From Antedon mediterranea (taxonomy: Eukaryota > Animalia > Echinodermata): a DNA stretch of 64,000 nucleotides. A program made the translations under genes and the position numbers. Each line of letters starts with the position of its first letter. Position 1 is the stretch's first letter. The notes beneath the pieces were generated by a model, which did not search any database, was not told the DNA's origin, and saw only the letters and a program-made list of their open reading frames with translations. The DNA lies in contig NC_092676.1 in NCBI RefSeq assembly GCF_964355755.1, forward strand, positions 4,627,888-4,691,887. Direction: 5' to 3'. Positions 11,101 to 26,100 of this stretch are shown here, piece after piece.

Positions 11101-14100
11101 CGAGATTTTTTTTATTCGTCAAAAAAAATTCGGGGAGGCTTAATTTTGAATCATTCTTAGAAATTACTAACAAAATATGGGTGTGCATGATTTCACAATC
11201 TGTCGAAAAACCTTGCGCAATTTGCAGATTACTTGCGCAATTTAATACGTTGCTTGCGCAATTTGAAACACATGTTTCAATTTAAAATTGCGCAAGAAAA
11301 TCCTTGCGCAATTTCAAATTGCGAAAATCGTTCAAATCGCGCATAACAACTGTATTAAACTATTATTGCATGAAAAATTACACAAAATTGTATTTCTTTA
11401 TTGTTCACATTATAAAAATTAACTTTGCGTCGCGATGTATAGTCTATTTCATGCTCACCATATTCACAGAATCGATTTATTGAGGTCTTTTTGTTGTTGG
11501 GCTTCAACCTAGCCAAGAAAACTAATTAGATTCTGTCTACCTTAGGCTAGGCCTAGAGAGCCTATTATTTATAGTAGGGTAGCTAGGATAGACGTAGGCC
11601 TACCTAGCCTAGCTAGATCGCATTGGAGCACCTGGCCTACTCTACTCAACTGTTACCAAAATGGTAGTATCTAGCTAGGCCTAGCTGCTGAGCAGCCATC
11701 ACGATGCCAAACGATGGCTTTTGATTCTATCTAGGCCTACGCATATTATAAAATATGGCCTCCATGGCCTACCTACAGGGATAGAGCCAGCCACCCGGCC
11801 CTACAAAATATCCCTAGCTTTGATCTGTGACAACCAGGCCTGACAAGACTAGACAAGTTATTTTTAACATTGACAAAATTCTACTACATTTGGCCAATCA
11901 CAGTTCGTTATTTATGGTCATATTTTTGTGACACGTTTGACCTGATAATGAAGCTCCGCCTACTTCACAATAACCTGGGTGACAAAAACATAAATGGCCA
12001 ATCATAATTCGGAAAATTTGCTTGATTATGAGAGGCTCCGCCTACATCATCACTTGTTATGGCCACAGCAGCGCGCGAGTGGTTTTTTGCTGATGTTGCC
12101 AAGACATATGTCTTTTATGCTGGAGTTATTTTTATGAGGTCATTTCGTCCCAATTTCGAGTTCCCACAACCTACTAGCCATCCGGGCTTAAAGGAAGATA
12201 CTTTAGGTAGCCCGGAGCTGTTTTTACTAGCCATTGTACGCCGGGCTAGCACTAAATCGAGCCCTGGACTAAACCCTGGATAAGCAACCCCTAGATTGAC
12301 TAAACCCTGGATAAGCAACCCCTGGATAAGCAACCCCTAGATTGACTAAACCCTGGATAAGCAACCCCTAGATTGACTAAACCCTGGATAAGCAACCCCT
12401 AGATTGACTAAACCCTGGATAAGCAACCCCTAGATTGACTAAACCCTGGATAAGCAACCCCTAGATTGACTAAACCCTGGATAAGCAACCCCTGGATAAG
12501 CAACCCCTAGATTGACTAAACCCTGGATAAGCAACCCCTAGATTGACTAAACCCTGGATAAGCAACCCCTAGATTTACTAAACCCTGAATAAGCAACCCA
12601 TAGATATACTAAACCCTGAATAAGCAACCCCTAGATTTACTAAACCCTGAATAAGCAACCCCTAGATTTACTAAACCCTGGATAAGCAACCCCTAGATTT
12701 ACTAAACCCTGAATAAGCAACCCCTAGATTTACTAAACCCTGAATAAGCAACCCCTAGATTTACTAAACCCTGAATAAGCAACCCCTAGATTTACTAAAC
12801 CCTGAATAAGAAACCCCTAGATTTACTAAACCCTGAATAAGCAACCCCTAGATTTACTAAACCCTGGATAAGCAACCCCTAGATTTACTAAACCCTGGAT
12901 AAGCAACCCCTAGATTTACTAAACCCTGGATAAGCAACCCCTAGATTTATTAAACCCTGAATAAGCAACCCCTAGATTTACTAAACCCTGAATAAGCAAC
13001 CCCTAGATTTACTAAACCCTGGATAAGCAACCCCTAGATTGACTAAACCCTGGATAAGCAACCCCTAGATTGACTAAACCCTGGATAAGCAACCCCTAGA
13101 TTGACTAAACCCTGGATAAGCAACCCCTAGATTGACTAAACCCTGGATAAGCAACCCCTGGATAAGCAACCCCTAGATTGACTAAACCCTGGATAAGCAA
13201 CCCCTAGATTGACTAAACCCTGGATAAGCAACCCCTAGATTTACTAAACCCTGAATAAGCAACCCATAGATATACTAAACCCTGAATAAGCAACCCCTAG
13301 ATTTACTAAACCCTGAATAAGCAACCCCTAGATTTACTAAACCCTGGATAAGCAACCCCTAGATTTACTAAACCCTGAATAAGCAACCCCTAGATTTACT
13401 AAACCCTGAATAAGCAACCCCTAGATTTACTAAACCCTGAATAAGCAACCCCTAGATTTACTAAACCCTGAATAAGAAACCCCTAGATTTACTAAACCCT
13501 GAATAAGCAACCCCTAGATTTACTAAACCCTGGATAAGCAACCCCTAGATTTACTAAACCCTGGATAAGCAACCCCTAGATTTACTAAACCCTGGATAAG
13601 CAACCCCTAGATTTATTAAACCCTGAATAAGCAACCCCTAGATTTACTAAACCCTGAATAAGAAACCCCTAGATTTACTAAACCCTAGATAAGCAACCCC
13701 TAGATTTACTAAACCCTGGATTAGCAACCCCTAGATTTACTAAAACCTGAATAAGCAAGCCCTAGATTTACTAAACCCTGAATAAGCAACCCCTAGATTG
13801 ACTAAACCCTGGATAAGCAACCCCTAGATTTACTAAACCCTGAATAAGCAACCCCTAGATTTACTAAACCCTGAATAAGCAACCCCTAGATTTACTAAAC
13901 CCTGGATAAGCAACCCCTAGATTTACTAAACCCTGAATAAGCAACCCCTAGATTTACTAAACCCTGAATAAGCAACCCCTAGATTTACTAAACCCTGAAT
14001 AAGCAACCCCTAGATTTACTAAACCCTGAATAAGAAACCCCTAGATTTACTAAACCCTGAATAAGCAACCCCTAGATTTACTAAACCCTGGATAAGCAAC

Positions 14101-17100
14101 CCCTAGATTGACTAAACCCTGGATAAGCAACCCCTAGATTTACTAAACCCTGAATAAGCAACCCCTAGATTTACTAAACCCTGAATAAGCAACCCCTAGA
14201 TTTACTAAACCCTGGATAAGCAACCCCTAGATTTACTAAACCCTGGATAAGCAACCCCTAGATTTACTAAACGCTGAATAAGCAACCCCTAGATTTATTA
14301 ACCCTGAATAAGCAACCCCTAGATTTATTAACCCTGAATAAGAAACCCCTAGATTTACTAAACCCTGGATAAGCAACCCCTAGATTTATTAACCCTGGAT
14401 AAGCAACCCTTTGGATACAAACAATACTGAATTAGATTATTAAGTTAGCCTAATAAAAACAGGGATAATTTTTTAAAAGTTAATTATAGACATAAAGTAC
14501 ATACTGTATTCATTGACAACTATGGATCAGAGCCAACAATATGTCAGGTTTTAACGAGTCATGTGAAATCAACTAACCATCTTTAATGTCGACATATCTA
14601 GTGGAAAATATACTTGTTTAATTCTCTCCTGTTATAAAAATACACTGTGCACAATGTATTTATGACCAAACTAAAATTATTTGGTTAAACTAGTAACTGA
14701 ATGTCAGAATTATTGAACATAATTTTACAAAACATACTGTAAAAATATTGCTTGAACTTGTTCAGGGAATTTCCATGCGTAAATGTCAATGTGTCGTAAC
14801 ACTTTACACGGCTCTGCTGCTTCAAATCAAGTTATACTTCCCTTAATGATTGAGAAATCATTTCAGTTTGAACAGATCATAACCTATGATATCATTTATA
14901 TTATTATTCAAAGACAAATAACTGAAAAAATGACAATGCTGTGGATATCAGTGGCTAAATCTTAATGGAGATACAAAATAAAATAAGCCAAAAGCTAAAT
15001 CAAAACGATTAAGTAAAACAGCCAGAAAAATTAGCAGAGCTTTCAGGCAACACTACCCCTACATCATTGCAAGTTATATATTATTTATTTGACCTTTGTT
15101 TCAGGACTCTGGATATGTGACTGAAGTTCACCATATCAATGGTGAGGGAGAGGATGCCGGTGTGGTGTATTGCGAAATGCAAGCACGTGAGAATTCAGGA
15201 GAGAGTCGATGTCATTTAGAATTACTGAGATCAATGTACCCTGGAGTGTGTGGCTATAAGGTAATTTCTTATGATCCAGCATGATAGTTATTGACCACAT
15301 GATGATTTATTGTATTAGGCCTATATTATGTATTTATTAGTACATAAATCAGTTATAACATATTATTATTTGCATGTACAGATGATGACAGTAATATGGT
15401 AGACCTGGTAGTAGCTTGGTTGTTAACATGCTTGCCTTCCAATCCCAAGGTCCAGGGTTCAATCCTGACCTAGTGCCAGGGTTCAATCCTGACATAGTGC
15501 CAGGGTTGTAACTCACGACTCTTTCAACTCCACTCCTTAAGCCTCAAATGAGACTTAGTTTATAAAGCATAATACATTATAAAATAGTTTATCCATCCTG
15601 TAATTGGCGAGTTACTCGTGTATGAAATTTAAAAGAATTAAAAAATGGACAGTTGACCGGTTTTACAGATCAACCAATTTTGAAAAAAGCAAACAATGTT
15701 TTTGTTTACTGTGTTACAATCTATTTATATTTTATTAAAGATATATTGTCCCTTGAAACACAAAAATGAAGGTCAAAATATTCTAAATTTAAATTGGCCA
15801 TATCAAAGTAATATTAAAGTTATTCACTTTATGTCGAAAATTCGAGCCAAAAACAACAAGTTTACGTAATTAACAGATAAATTAATTTGATTACATTTTG
15901 TCTGGAAAATCGTCGCGAGCGAAAGTAAACAAAGATTTCAAACCATGAGTATGCATTATGCATGATGCTAATTGGGATTGTTTACAACTCGTCATGGTTG
16001 AGAAGGTGTTTTCACACAGTTCGTGAGGAAGTTTTATGACATACAGAGTAGACAAACAAGCGCGTTGCATTATGAAATATGTTTTGATCGAAAACAAAAA
16101 AACGTCTGTATTTCCGTTAAATGATTTTTTTTTTTTCAACAAATTTTTGTTGAAAGTTAGTAACTATTATGATACTTCAAAATGACCCACTTTTTTTCGA
16201 GATATTTTAATTTTTGGAATTAGTCAAAGGGACAATGCATCTTTAATATATTTCTTATATAGTCAGAGACTGGCGGCATCATGGCCAACCTTCGTGATAG
16301 TACGAGTAATTTAAAAGTGCGTGACTATCATAGAGATTTTTATCGACCGGAAAACTTGTGTTTAATAATCACTGGACAAGTAAAGCCGGAAGACGTGTTT
16401 GAAAGACTCAAAGTGTTCGAAGATAAGATTATTGAAAAGGTTAGCTTTTACAAAAATATTAAATACTTTTTTCAGTGTTTTTAAATTGACTTATTCTGCA
16501 TTACTGATTAGATTATTAAGACAAAGGTTTGTTACAGCTGCTTGCTATATTATTATAATCTTCAGATTAAAAATAAGAATTATATGATACAAATATTTTT
16601 TTAGGGAGCACTGCCGCCATATACTCGCCCATGGCAATCTCCTGTACCACCACTTCCAGAATCAGTGGTTCGTACCATTCCGTATCCATCTGATGACGAA
16701 TCCAATGGTATGGTATATATTGGCTGGAGAGGACCTAAATCTCAGGTATGATGTTTATTATAAATTTTTGAAATAAATTATCAGATAGTAAATTATAATA
16801 ATGAATCCTGGATATAAGCAACCCCTAGATCTAGTGAACCCTGGATAGAAAGACATTTGCATGTTAGTGAACTCTGCATACATACACACCTGCTTGTTAG
16901 TAAACCCTGGATACATGCACACCTGCTTGTTAGTGAATCCTGGATACAAGCACACCTCCATGTTCGTAAACCCTGGATACATGCACACCTGCTTGGCTTG
17001 TTAGTGAATCCTGGATACAAGCACAGCTCCATGTTAGTGAACCCTGGATACAGGCAAACCTGCATGTTAGTTAACCCTGGATACAAGGGTACCTGCATGT

Positions 17101-20100
17101 TAGTGAACCCTGGATACATGTACCATGGATGTTAGTGAACCCTGGATACATTTACCATGGATGTTAGTGAACCCTGGATGTTAGTGAACCCTGGATACAA
17201 GTGCACCTGCTTGTTAGTGAACTCTGGATACAAGTACCATGGATGTTAACCCTTTTATAATTTCAGTTTTGAATGGCATATTTAGTATATCATTTTAATA
17301 ATTTCAGGACTTGTATGAGATGTCAGCATTGAATGTTATTCTTGAGTACCTGACAGACACTTCTGTAGCACCTTTGCAGCGAGAGTTTGTGGAAATTGAA
17401 GATCCATATTGTAGCAAGGTAAATTACTATTATTAGTATCTAATAGGCCCACTTAAATTTAGTACAAGGTATGCAAATTCGCTTCTAAAAAAATATTTGA
17501 GCTAGATCTTTTTTTAAATGAAAACAACTATATTTCTGGAAAAATATAATACAGTAAATTGAATATATTTATAGGTACGCAAATCAATAATTGAAAATAG
17601 TGAAGCCTGTTTCTACATAAAGTTTGACAATACACCTGTCGGAAAACTTGACCAGATAAAACAGAAGTAAGTTTGAAGTTATTTTTAATATCCATCACTA
17701 TAATGTGTGAATAGCCATTAATATTTGTTTACACTGTAATGCAAAGTATTGGTACTGCATGACATTTAAACAATAATAATTATCTTGCTTTAAGGTTGTT
17801 AACTGTTATTGGTGACATTGTGTCTGGAAAAGAGGCTATTGATATGACCAGGATGGCGAGTGTTATTCACCGGGAAATACTAGACTCGCTGAACAACATG
17901 GAAGAGCGCCCTCATGATACTTTTGCGTTTATATGTATTGGAGACTTTTTATATGGCAATAAAGCAGAGGAGGTATGATTGCAGTAGACCCTCTATTTAG
18001 GGGACACCTTCAGGACCCAACCAAGTGTCCCTCTTATTAGGAGTGTTTCCTCAATATGGGTTGCCCATAAAAGAGTCTGTCTAATAAAAAGGGTATCCCT
18101 GAATTGGAGGTGCTGAAACATATATTCTTGCTTGTGTTTCTAGTGTAGTAGTAGTTATCTGATTCCTTTCGTTGGTGCCAAACAGATCTATGGATAAAAA
18201 TTAAAAAATATCATTTTTGTATGTAGTTTGATGACACAAATTCTGTTTTGAATCCCTTCCACTTATCTGGAGATTTTGTTAAATAGAGTAAAAAAAAACA
18301 AATTTTGAATATTTTTCTTTTTTCCAGTTAAACAAACGTCTAAATCAAATTGAAGATTTTAAAAAACTTATCAAGGAGCCAGCTGAATTCTGGAATAATC
18401 TTCTAAAAAGATATGTGACAGAGGCAAAAGCAGTTACTGTAAGTATTAGTGAACCTTGGATGCAACAAGTAACCCCTAGATAATGAACCATGGATATTAG
18501 TAATCCCTGGACACCCAGTGAACCATGGATATTAGTAATTCCTGGACACCCAGTGAACCATGGATATTAGTAATTCCTGGACACCCAGTGAACCATGGAT
18601 ATAAGTGAGCCCTGGATATTAGTGAACTCTGGACACCCAGTAAACCATGGATATAAGTGAGCCCTGGATATAAATAAGTCCTGGATATAAGTGAGCCCTG
18701 GATATAAGTGAGCCCTGGATATAAATGAGCTCTGGATATAAGTGAACCCTGGATATTAGTGAACCCTGAAAAGAAGAAGCAAACCCGGATATTAGTGAAC
18801 ATACAAAAAGCAATCCCTAAATATTGTTGGACTCTTGGTAAAAGCAAACAAAGCTTAAATTATTTACTAATGACATGCTAGATAAAGGGAAGCTCATATA
18901 AAAAATATGACAATGAGTTAAAAACATTTTTTTTTTTCAATTTTTCAGCAAAGATCATACTGTAGTACAATTTAATACAGATATATACTATTTACATTTA
19001 CAATATTATTTCAAACTTTTTTTTGCAGATTATTGGTAAGCCAAGCAAAGAAATGGCTGATAGCATGGCTACTGAGGAGAAAGAGCGTGTGAAAAAACAA
19101 TGCGAGAAGCTTGGAGAAAAAGGCCTGACTAGCATGACAGAGGTCCTTGAAAAGGCCACAGAAGAAAATGAAGTATGTGCTGTTTTTGTGAAGCGATTTT
19201 AGAAGCTATCTCTTTTTTTCCCAACCATATAGGAACTTTATCTGCCATGTTTTTTTTATCTATTTACGCTGCAGTGGCTGCGCTTAGGAACCCTAAGTGA
19301 CCCTCCAATGCTGGAAGCTTCGGGCGTTTTTAGCCCTTCGACATATTTTAATGTCTTTTTTCCTCTGGTCACTGCTCCAGGGGTTTAGCCAGTGAACGCT
19401 CATAGCCGTTATGCCACTGTTACTCTGGCTTGACTTAAAGACAAAATTTGTGATTTCCCAAGGTTTTATGTTAAACTGTTTTGAGATGAATATCCTTATT
19501 TTCTTCATACCAATATTTTGTTATTATTTCAGAAAGAACCTTCTGATGGGATGCTGAGTTGTCTACCGGTACCAGATGCTTCAGCGGTCTTTTTTCATCC
19601 AGTCGAACGCAAGAGCAATTTGAACGGATTTGTGTCGACAGAAGGCGACCTCTTTGATATTACAAAGCTTCCGTTTACTTTCCAATTGGATGATTTGCAT
19701 ACTAACTTTGTTGAGGTAAGTATGCAAGCAATGAGACTTTAATAAAGATATGTCTACACTATCAAACTAGTTTGACAAAAAAAGTGTGATGTGCCCAAAT
19801 ATTGTAGTGATATGACATCATCGTGTCCACATGGGCACATCACATTTTTTTGTCACATAAAGTTTGATAGTGTAGACATATCTTTATTGAAGTTTTTTTT
19901 ATTTGGCAACAAACCAGACTTATATTCCCCAGTTTTCTGCATTCTCATTCTTGCAGACGATCAAACTATATTGATCAGAACGAGAAACAGTTTGTTTCAG
20001 AACTACAAATTACTACTTTGTTGATATGAAATTGAGATGTATTAACCTTTATGTTTTAATGACTCAATTTTGCTCTTTTTGTTTGTAGATGCGTGTGCTT

Positions 20101-23100
20101 ATGGATACAGCGTCTCTACCAGCACGTTTAAAACCTTACTTATCTTTGTATTTGGACTGTATTGATGAGTCAGCTATCATAAGGAATGGAGGTAACCTTA
20201 CCAGAACTTAAACCAGTGGCGTATTGACAGGGCAAAGACCCCTGGTTTAGCACTCCTAAGGGCCCTCCAACATTGCTCTGTGCCCCTTGAGCTCTGGAGC
20301 CCCTGGGTTTAGCCAGTGAGCGCTCATAGCTGTTACGCCACTGACTTAAACTTGTTTTTGCTCTAGACCACTGAGGTATAAAGTCTTATAGAGATACTTT
20401 ATAAAAGAATGGCCAACCCATAGAGAATACTATCATTCAAATACTTTCAATGCTATTTAGAAAAAATCTTGGGCGTCATTTAATCTCTCTAAGTGTGTCA
20501 TTTGGGAATGTGATATGTGAATTGGTGGCATATTTTACACCCATAGTTAACCAATATAGACCTACTATATTGACCTACTGTAGTAAGTAGAGGCTAAATT
20601 GAGAAATTGGTCCTTTAGCGGAAGACGAAGGTCAATTTTAATATCTGTAAACTTCTGTTATTATCTAAAGAATTTGTAAACGTCTGTAAATAGCTGTTGT
20701 GTACAGATCCTAAAGTCATTACTATCTTATATATTTCTTGTTTAGTGTTGGTTCCACATGATAAAGTTGTGACTGAGCTAGCAGCAGATACGTTGCACTT
20801 TGGAGCAAGCATTGGACTACGTGGCTCTAGGTTTAAATGTGGACAATTTCCGCAACTGGCTGTAATGAATATTAAGGTATGTGGTGTTTTTCCAGGCGCG
20901 GATTTTTTAAATAAAATAATGATTATTATTATTATAATGATTATATATTATTTTTCTGCAACCCGGCGGATCGTTTGTATCCCTTCCCCCCCCCCTAATC
21001 TTAAGCTGGATCTTCCCCTGCTCTTTCAAAATTTATAGGTCACAGTGAAATGATGTTGGCAGCTAAAGCCACAGTACTGTACTATGGGTAACTCGATTTA
21101 AAGCCTTATACACTGTATTGCGCAATCATTTTGACTCTCTGTGGATAACAATTACACAACCACAAACGATCACTAAATGGGAAACCAGTTTTAATTTTGT
21201 GCCAAGATTGGGCATTCTTTTAAACGTATTCAATATAAACAAGCCATTCTTTTGGACAGAATTCAAAATACAATAGTGTGAAGAATTCAATTAAACTCTA
21301 CACCCATATTTACAATATTTTATCCAGGCAACGAACCAGAATCCGGGTTCAATGTGAATGCAAGTCTACTCAATTTATGTTAATCTATATGTCAAAGCTT
21401 TCATCATTATAATATTTTTCATATACTTTGTTTCCAATTTTTGAAGGTTGAAAATGAAAAGTATGCAAAAGGAGTGCAATGGCTTCATGACTTGATGTAT
21501 AATGTGCGTTTTGAAACTGAAAGGATCAAGATCATAGCAACCAAAATGATTAATGATGTCGCTAAAATGAAGCGCAATGGAAGAACTATTGCATTCTCAG
21601 TATTAAGGGACATTAACTTCACAGAAGGTAAATAATCATATATTAATATACAAATAATGCAGAGTGCGATAGTGGAGATGCGGCGCACTCAAGGGTTTTT
21701 AAAATGTTGCGACATTCACGAGGCGCGCTGATCTTTCACTGCTTGCATATAAACAGCAAGGAGTTTGAGGAGACAGATTTTCTATTCTAAAATTTCCAGT
21801 CAAATGAGTATTTTTTTCCGAAATTAATTGACCTCAAAGGTCAGTCCTTTTTACTGCTTTGTCTACACTATCAAACAAACAAAAAAGTGTGATGTGCCCA
21901 TATATGGACATGATGATGTCATATCACTACAATATTTAAGCATATCACCTTATTTGGGCACATCACACTTTTGTTGTCAAACTTATTTGATAGTTTAGAC
22001 AGAGCTTTTGGGACCACTAAGTACCGTAAATAGTGTGTATGAAATTTACACACTTATATATTATATTTAAATATTCATATTAATTAAGTTTTATTTATTA
22101 CAGAAAGCAACCACAATTCTTCCAACATGATTCGTCAGCATAAATTTCTGACAGAGTTGGTTTCCAAACTGGATTCTGAAGAGGTAATATTTAACAATAT
22201 ATTTATCTGATCTTAATATCTGATTTAACTGTAACACAACATATTGGTACTGGATTAGTTGATTTCTGAAGCTCTGTCTGCACTATCAAACTAGTTTGAC
22301 AAAAAAAAAGTACCCAAATATGGTAGCGATATGCCCAAATATGTTAGTGATATAACATCATCATGTCCATATATAAGCACATCACAATATTTTTGTCAAG
22401 ATATTGTCACAAAGCCCTTTGCCTTATTTTGAAATGGCAAAAAGCCAATTATTCTTCATTCACAAATATTAGGTCTCAGTTATATATACTGTATACCTAT
22501 TTCCCCAACAGCATATTTTTTTTATACATTTGAAGTTCAAAAATTATTTTGATTGATAGGTTGTGAAGAGTTTGAACGAGTTGCGTGAGATTTTAACGAT
22601 CCCGTCTAATATTCGTGTTCACATGACCGTTGACCTTAAGAAACTTGCTGCATTTACCTCTCCTATTGCACCATGGGATGCCTTTCTTCCGAGCAATATA
22701 AGTAGTGACAAAAAACAGTAAGTTTAAGTTACTTAGGGTGAGTGGTGGATAATGGCATATTTATGATCACTCGATTCTCTGTGCTGTATCTTAGCGAATT
22801 TCCATGATACAACATCACATGTTTAACACATGTTATTGAGATACTGTATTTAAGAATTTTCCTGTGATACTGTACACAAATATAGTAGTGTAGTATCACA
22901 TATAGTGTGTGTTTTTGTTTTTTGAATATGTATTGTACTTTAAATGCTGTAATTGTTTAATCATATGGACGACCTCACTTTATTTAAATTTTCCTTCAGT
23001 AATATCAACAATTGCTGCAGTAAATTCAAGTATACAGTATCTGTGCAAAACAGAAAATATTTTATTATTAATTTTTATATTTAATATTTCTGTTTGTAAC

Positions 23101-26100
23101 AATTAAGTTTATTTCCATATTACCCACAGTACCAAAGTGCAGCAATTGACCAATGAGATTATCCGTCCACCGGTTGAAGGATCTCCGACCGGCGTTATAG
23201 TGGGAGTTGGATCTGTAGAGTCTGCGTTCTTCATTCAGACTATTCCGTCCATTTCATCTTATATGGATCCTGATCTTCCGGCCTTGATGGTTTATATGGA
23301 GTACTTATGTGCGCTAGAGGTATGTATGGCTTTGATTTTAGTGGTAGATGCTTTATTCCATCTTGACCGCCGGTCAGTCAGTCAGTGTTGACCAATCATT
23401 CCTACTGTACTTGATTCCACGGAAAAATTGCTTAGTAGTAATTACAATTATCCAGAGTACTTTATGTCCAATTTCCATCAACGGTGCGATCATGTCACAG
23501 TACAGTGCCCACTGTTTACCTGTGCTTGAAGTTATACCCTAGCTATCAACTACAATCTTGGTGGTCTAGCGGTTTGAACACCAGCTTGTGATTTGGAGGT
23601 TCTGTGTTCGAGCCATCAAATATTCCTACTATTCAAAACAATTAGTAATAATAATAATAATAATATGGATTTATATTGCATACAACTACCATTCTAGAGT
23701 GCTCAAAACAATTATTACATCAGAGTTGAACAAAACATCATTTTACATGTTTGGTTTAGTTGCATAGCATTCTTGTATTTATTTTTTAGGGCCCTATGTG
23801 GCGCCAAATCAGAGGTCTAGGCTTAGCCTACCACTACCGCATGTATGTGCTGCCAGAGCAAGGCCTTCTGTGTTTCCAGCTTTTCAAGTGTACACATGTC
23901 GTCAATGCTTACAAGCAAGCCAAAGAAATTGTGGTTAGTTTTAATTTTTTATTTAATTATGTGAATAAAATGTGCTCTTGACTTTTAAAAATCAATAATA
24001 AAATAATAATAAAACTTATTAAAAATATATTGCTCCCTTTAAAAAATAATTTTGAAAAAAATTGTTGTTGTTGAATATGCCATTTGAATGTAACATAATA
24101 GAAAAATGTAAAAAACTGTAATTTCAAGCCAAAAATGGTCAAATTTAACCATTTATTTGGTCATTTTATAAGTGAAAACCTTATTTTCTTTTTCTACAGA
24201 AGTGATTAACTTGATTAAAACTACAAAATAACATATTCAAATTCTGATTTAATTAATCTTCATTTTTCATGTTTTTGGGGGACAATACATCTTTAAAAAA
24301 TGTAATTTAAAGCAAAAAATAGTCAAATTGGCTGCCAGCCAATTAAATTTTTGTTGAATTTAACAGTTTATTTTAACACATTAATTTTCGTTTTTTTTTC
24401 CTACGGAAGTGATTCATTTGGTTAAAATTACAAAATGGCATATTGAAAGTCTGATTTTATTAATCTTCATTTTTGTGTGTTTTGGGGGGGTTACAATACA
24501 TCTTTAAGTAATTAATCTGTAAATGTGTATAGTTAAAGAGTAAACAAAAGTTACTGCCATAACTGCAGTAGAATAGTTATTTGACCTGGGTAAGTTACAG
24601 TTAAAGTTAGCCAAACACAGGCAGAACTTAAGCTATCTCACATTCCAGTCAAAATTCTGGGCATTTTTTGTGATTGTTATAGGATGGATATATAACTGGG
24701 AAGACTGTCTTTGAAGATGTACAGTTTGAGGCAGCAGTCAGTAGTGTTCTCTATGAAGTGATCGAACGGGAAGAGACCGTGGCATCTACATCCCAAGAGT
24801 CTCTTCTTAGTTACCTTAGAGGAACTAACAAAGACTATAACAGGTTGGAATTACCTTAGTACTATTCAATTGTTACCCAATGGAAATAATAATATAATAG
24901 TTTTTGTATAGCTCATATAAACAAGCTCTCAATACGCTGCACATTAATACTCCGGACATTTTTTGGATCAAACACGTATGGAAACATACTCCCATAATGC
25001 AGCTAGTAATCAGTGCAAAGTTGTGTCTTGATCTAACCAGGTACCCATTTAATACACCTGGGTGTGTAAGTAAAGTGTCTTGCCTAAGGATACAAGCAAT
25101 GTGGCGAGAGTTGGATTTGAACCACGACCTCACGATCAGTAATCCAATGTCCAACACACTGCACCAAAGGTGTAGTTTGTACCATGGAATGTTTGTCCAC
25201 CCTCAGATTTCTTGTAGTTAGGTTTAGAGGGACAGCTAAGGAAAGAAAGAAAAAAAGGGCTTTTCTAGAGGAAAACCCTATATTCTCACTTCTCTGTTCC
25301 AACATCCTGGTTCCTATGTGCAAGGTTCAGAGGATGAGATACCAGTATTTCCACCTGTTAAGCTCTGTCTACACTATCAAACTAGTTTGACAAAAAAAGT
25401 GTGATGTGCCTAAATATGGTAGTGATATTCCCAAATATGATAATGTTTGATAGTGTAGACAGAGCTTTTCCTGAATCATACTATTTTAGAAGATGAATAA
25501 AATAATAAGTATTGTATTTTTAAAATATTTTAATAGAAACTTGCTGAAACGGATTGCAGACGTGAAGAAAAGCGACCTGAAGCGTATTGGGGAAAAGTAC
25601 ATTATGCCGTTGTTTGATACTAACTTGTCGAGATGCGCTGTCTGCTGCCAGTCTAGCAAAGTTGACGAGATTAAGCAAGCATTTGAAGGGTAACGTTGAA
25701 ATACTTTTATTTTTTTTTTCAAAGCTCTGTCTACACTATCAAACTTTATGTGACAAAACAATGTGATGTGCCCATATATGGACATGATGATGTCATACCA
25801 CTACCATATTTCGGTATATCACTATCATATTTAGTCATATCACACTTTTTTTGGTCAAAATAGTTTGATAGTGTAGACAGAGCTTAAAGAAATGAATTTA
25901 CTTATCACTACCTTATTTGAGCACATCGCACTTTTTTGTCAAACTAGTTTGATAGTGTGGACAGATCTTTAGATTCTTTCTTTACCTGTGTTGCACATAT
26001 CACTGGTTTTCCCACTCTATTGCACTAACTTATCATTTCACACATATCACACTTTTTATTGTTTTTTTTTTTAATGTAACAGATTTCAATTGGCTTAAAA

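Larger units (their letters stand above)
10221..14410. repeat. 31-bp minisatellite (AAACCCTGGATAAGCAACCCCTAGATTGACT and variants), split by a transposon at 10448-12266
   Basis: Directly visible tandem array: about 7 units left of the insertion and about 2.1 kb to the right. Confidence 0.98.

Noticed and set aside
10221-14410. CRISPR-like array
   Set aside because: Units are contiguous with no unique spacers, there are no cas genes, and the context is a eukaryotic intron.
16758-18847. Repetitive ORFs (YPGFTN.., QGSLIS..)
   Set aside because: Translations of intronic minisatellites, open in several frames.
23560-23615. Possible tRNA-His gene
   Set aside because: Degenerate stems and incomplete acceptor arm; more likely a SINE/tRNA remnant.
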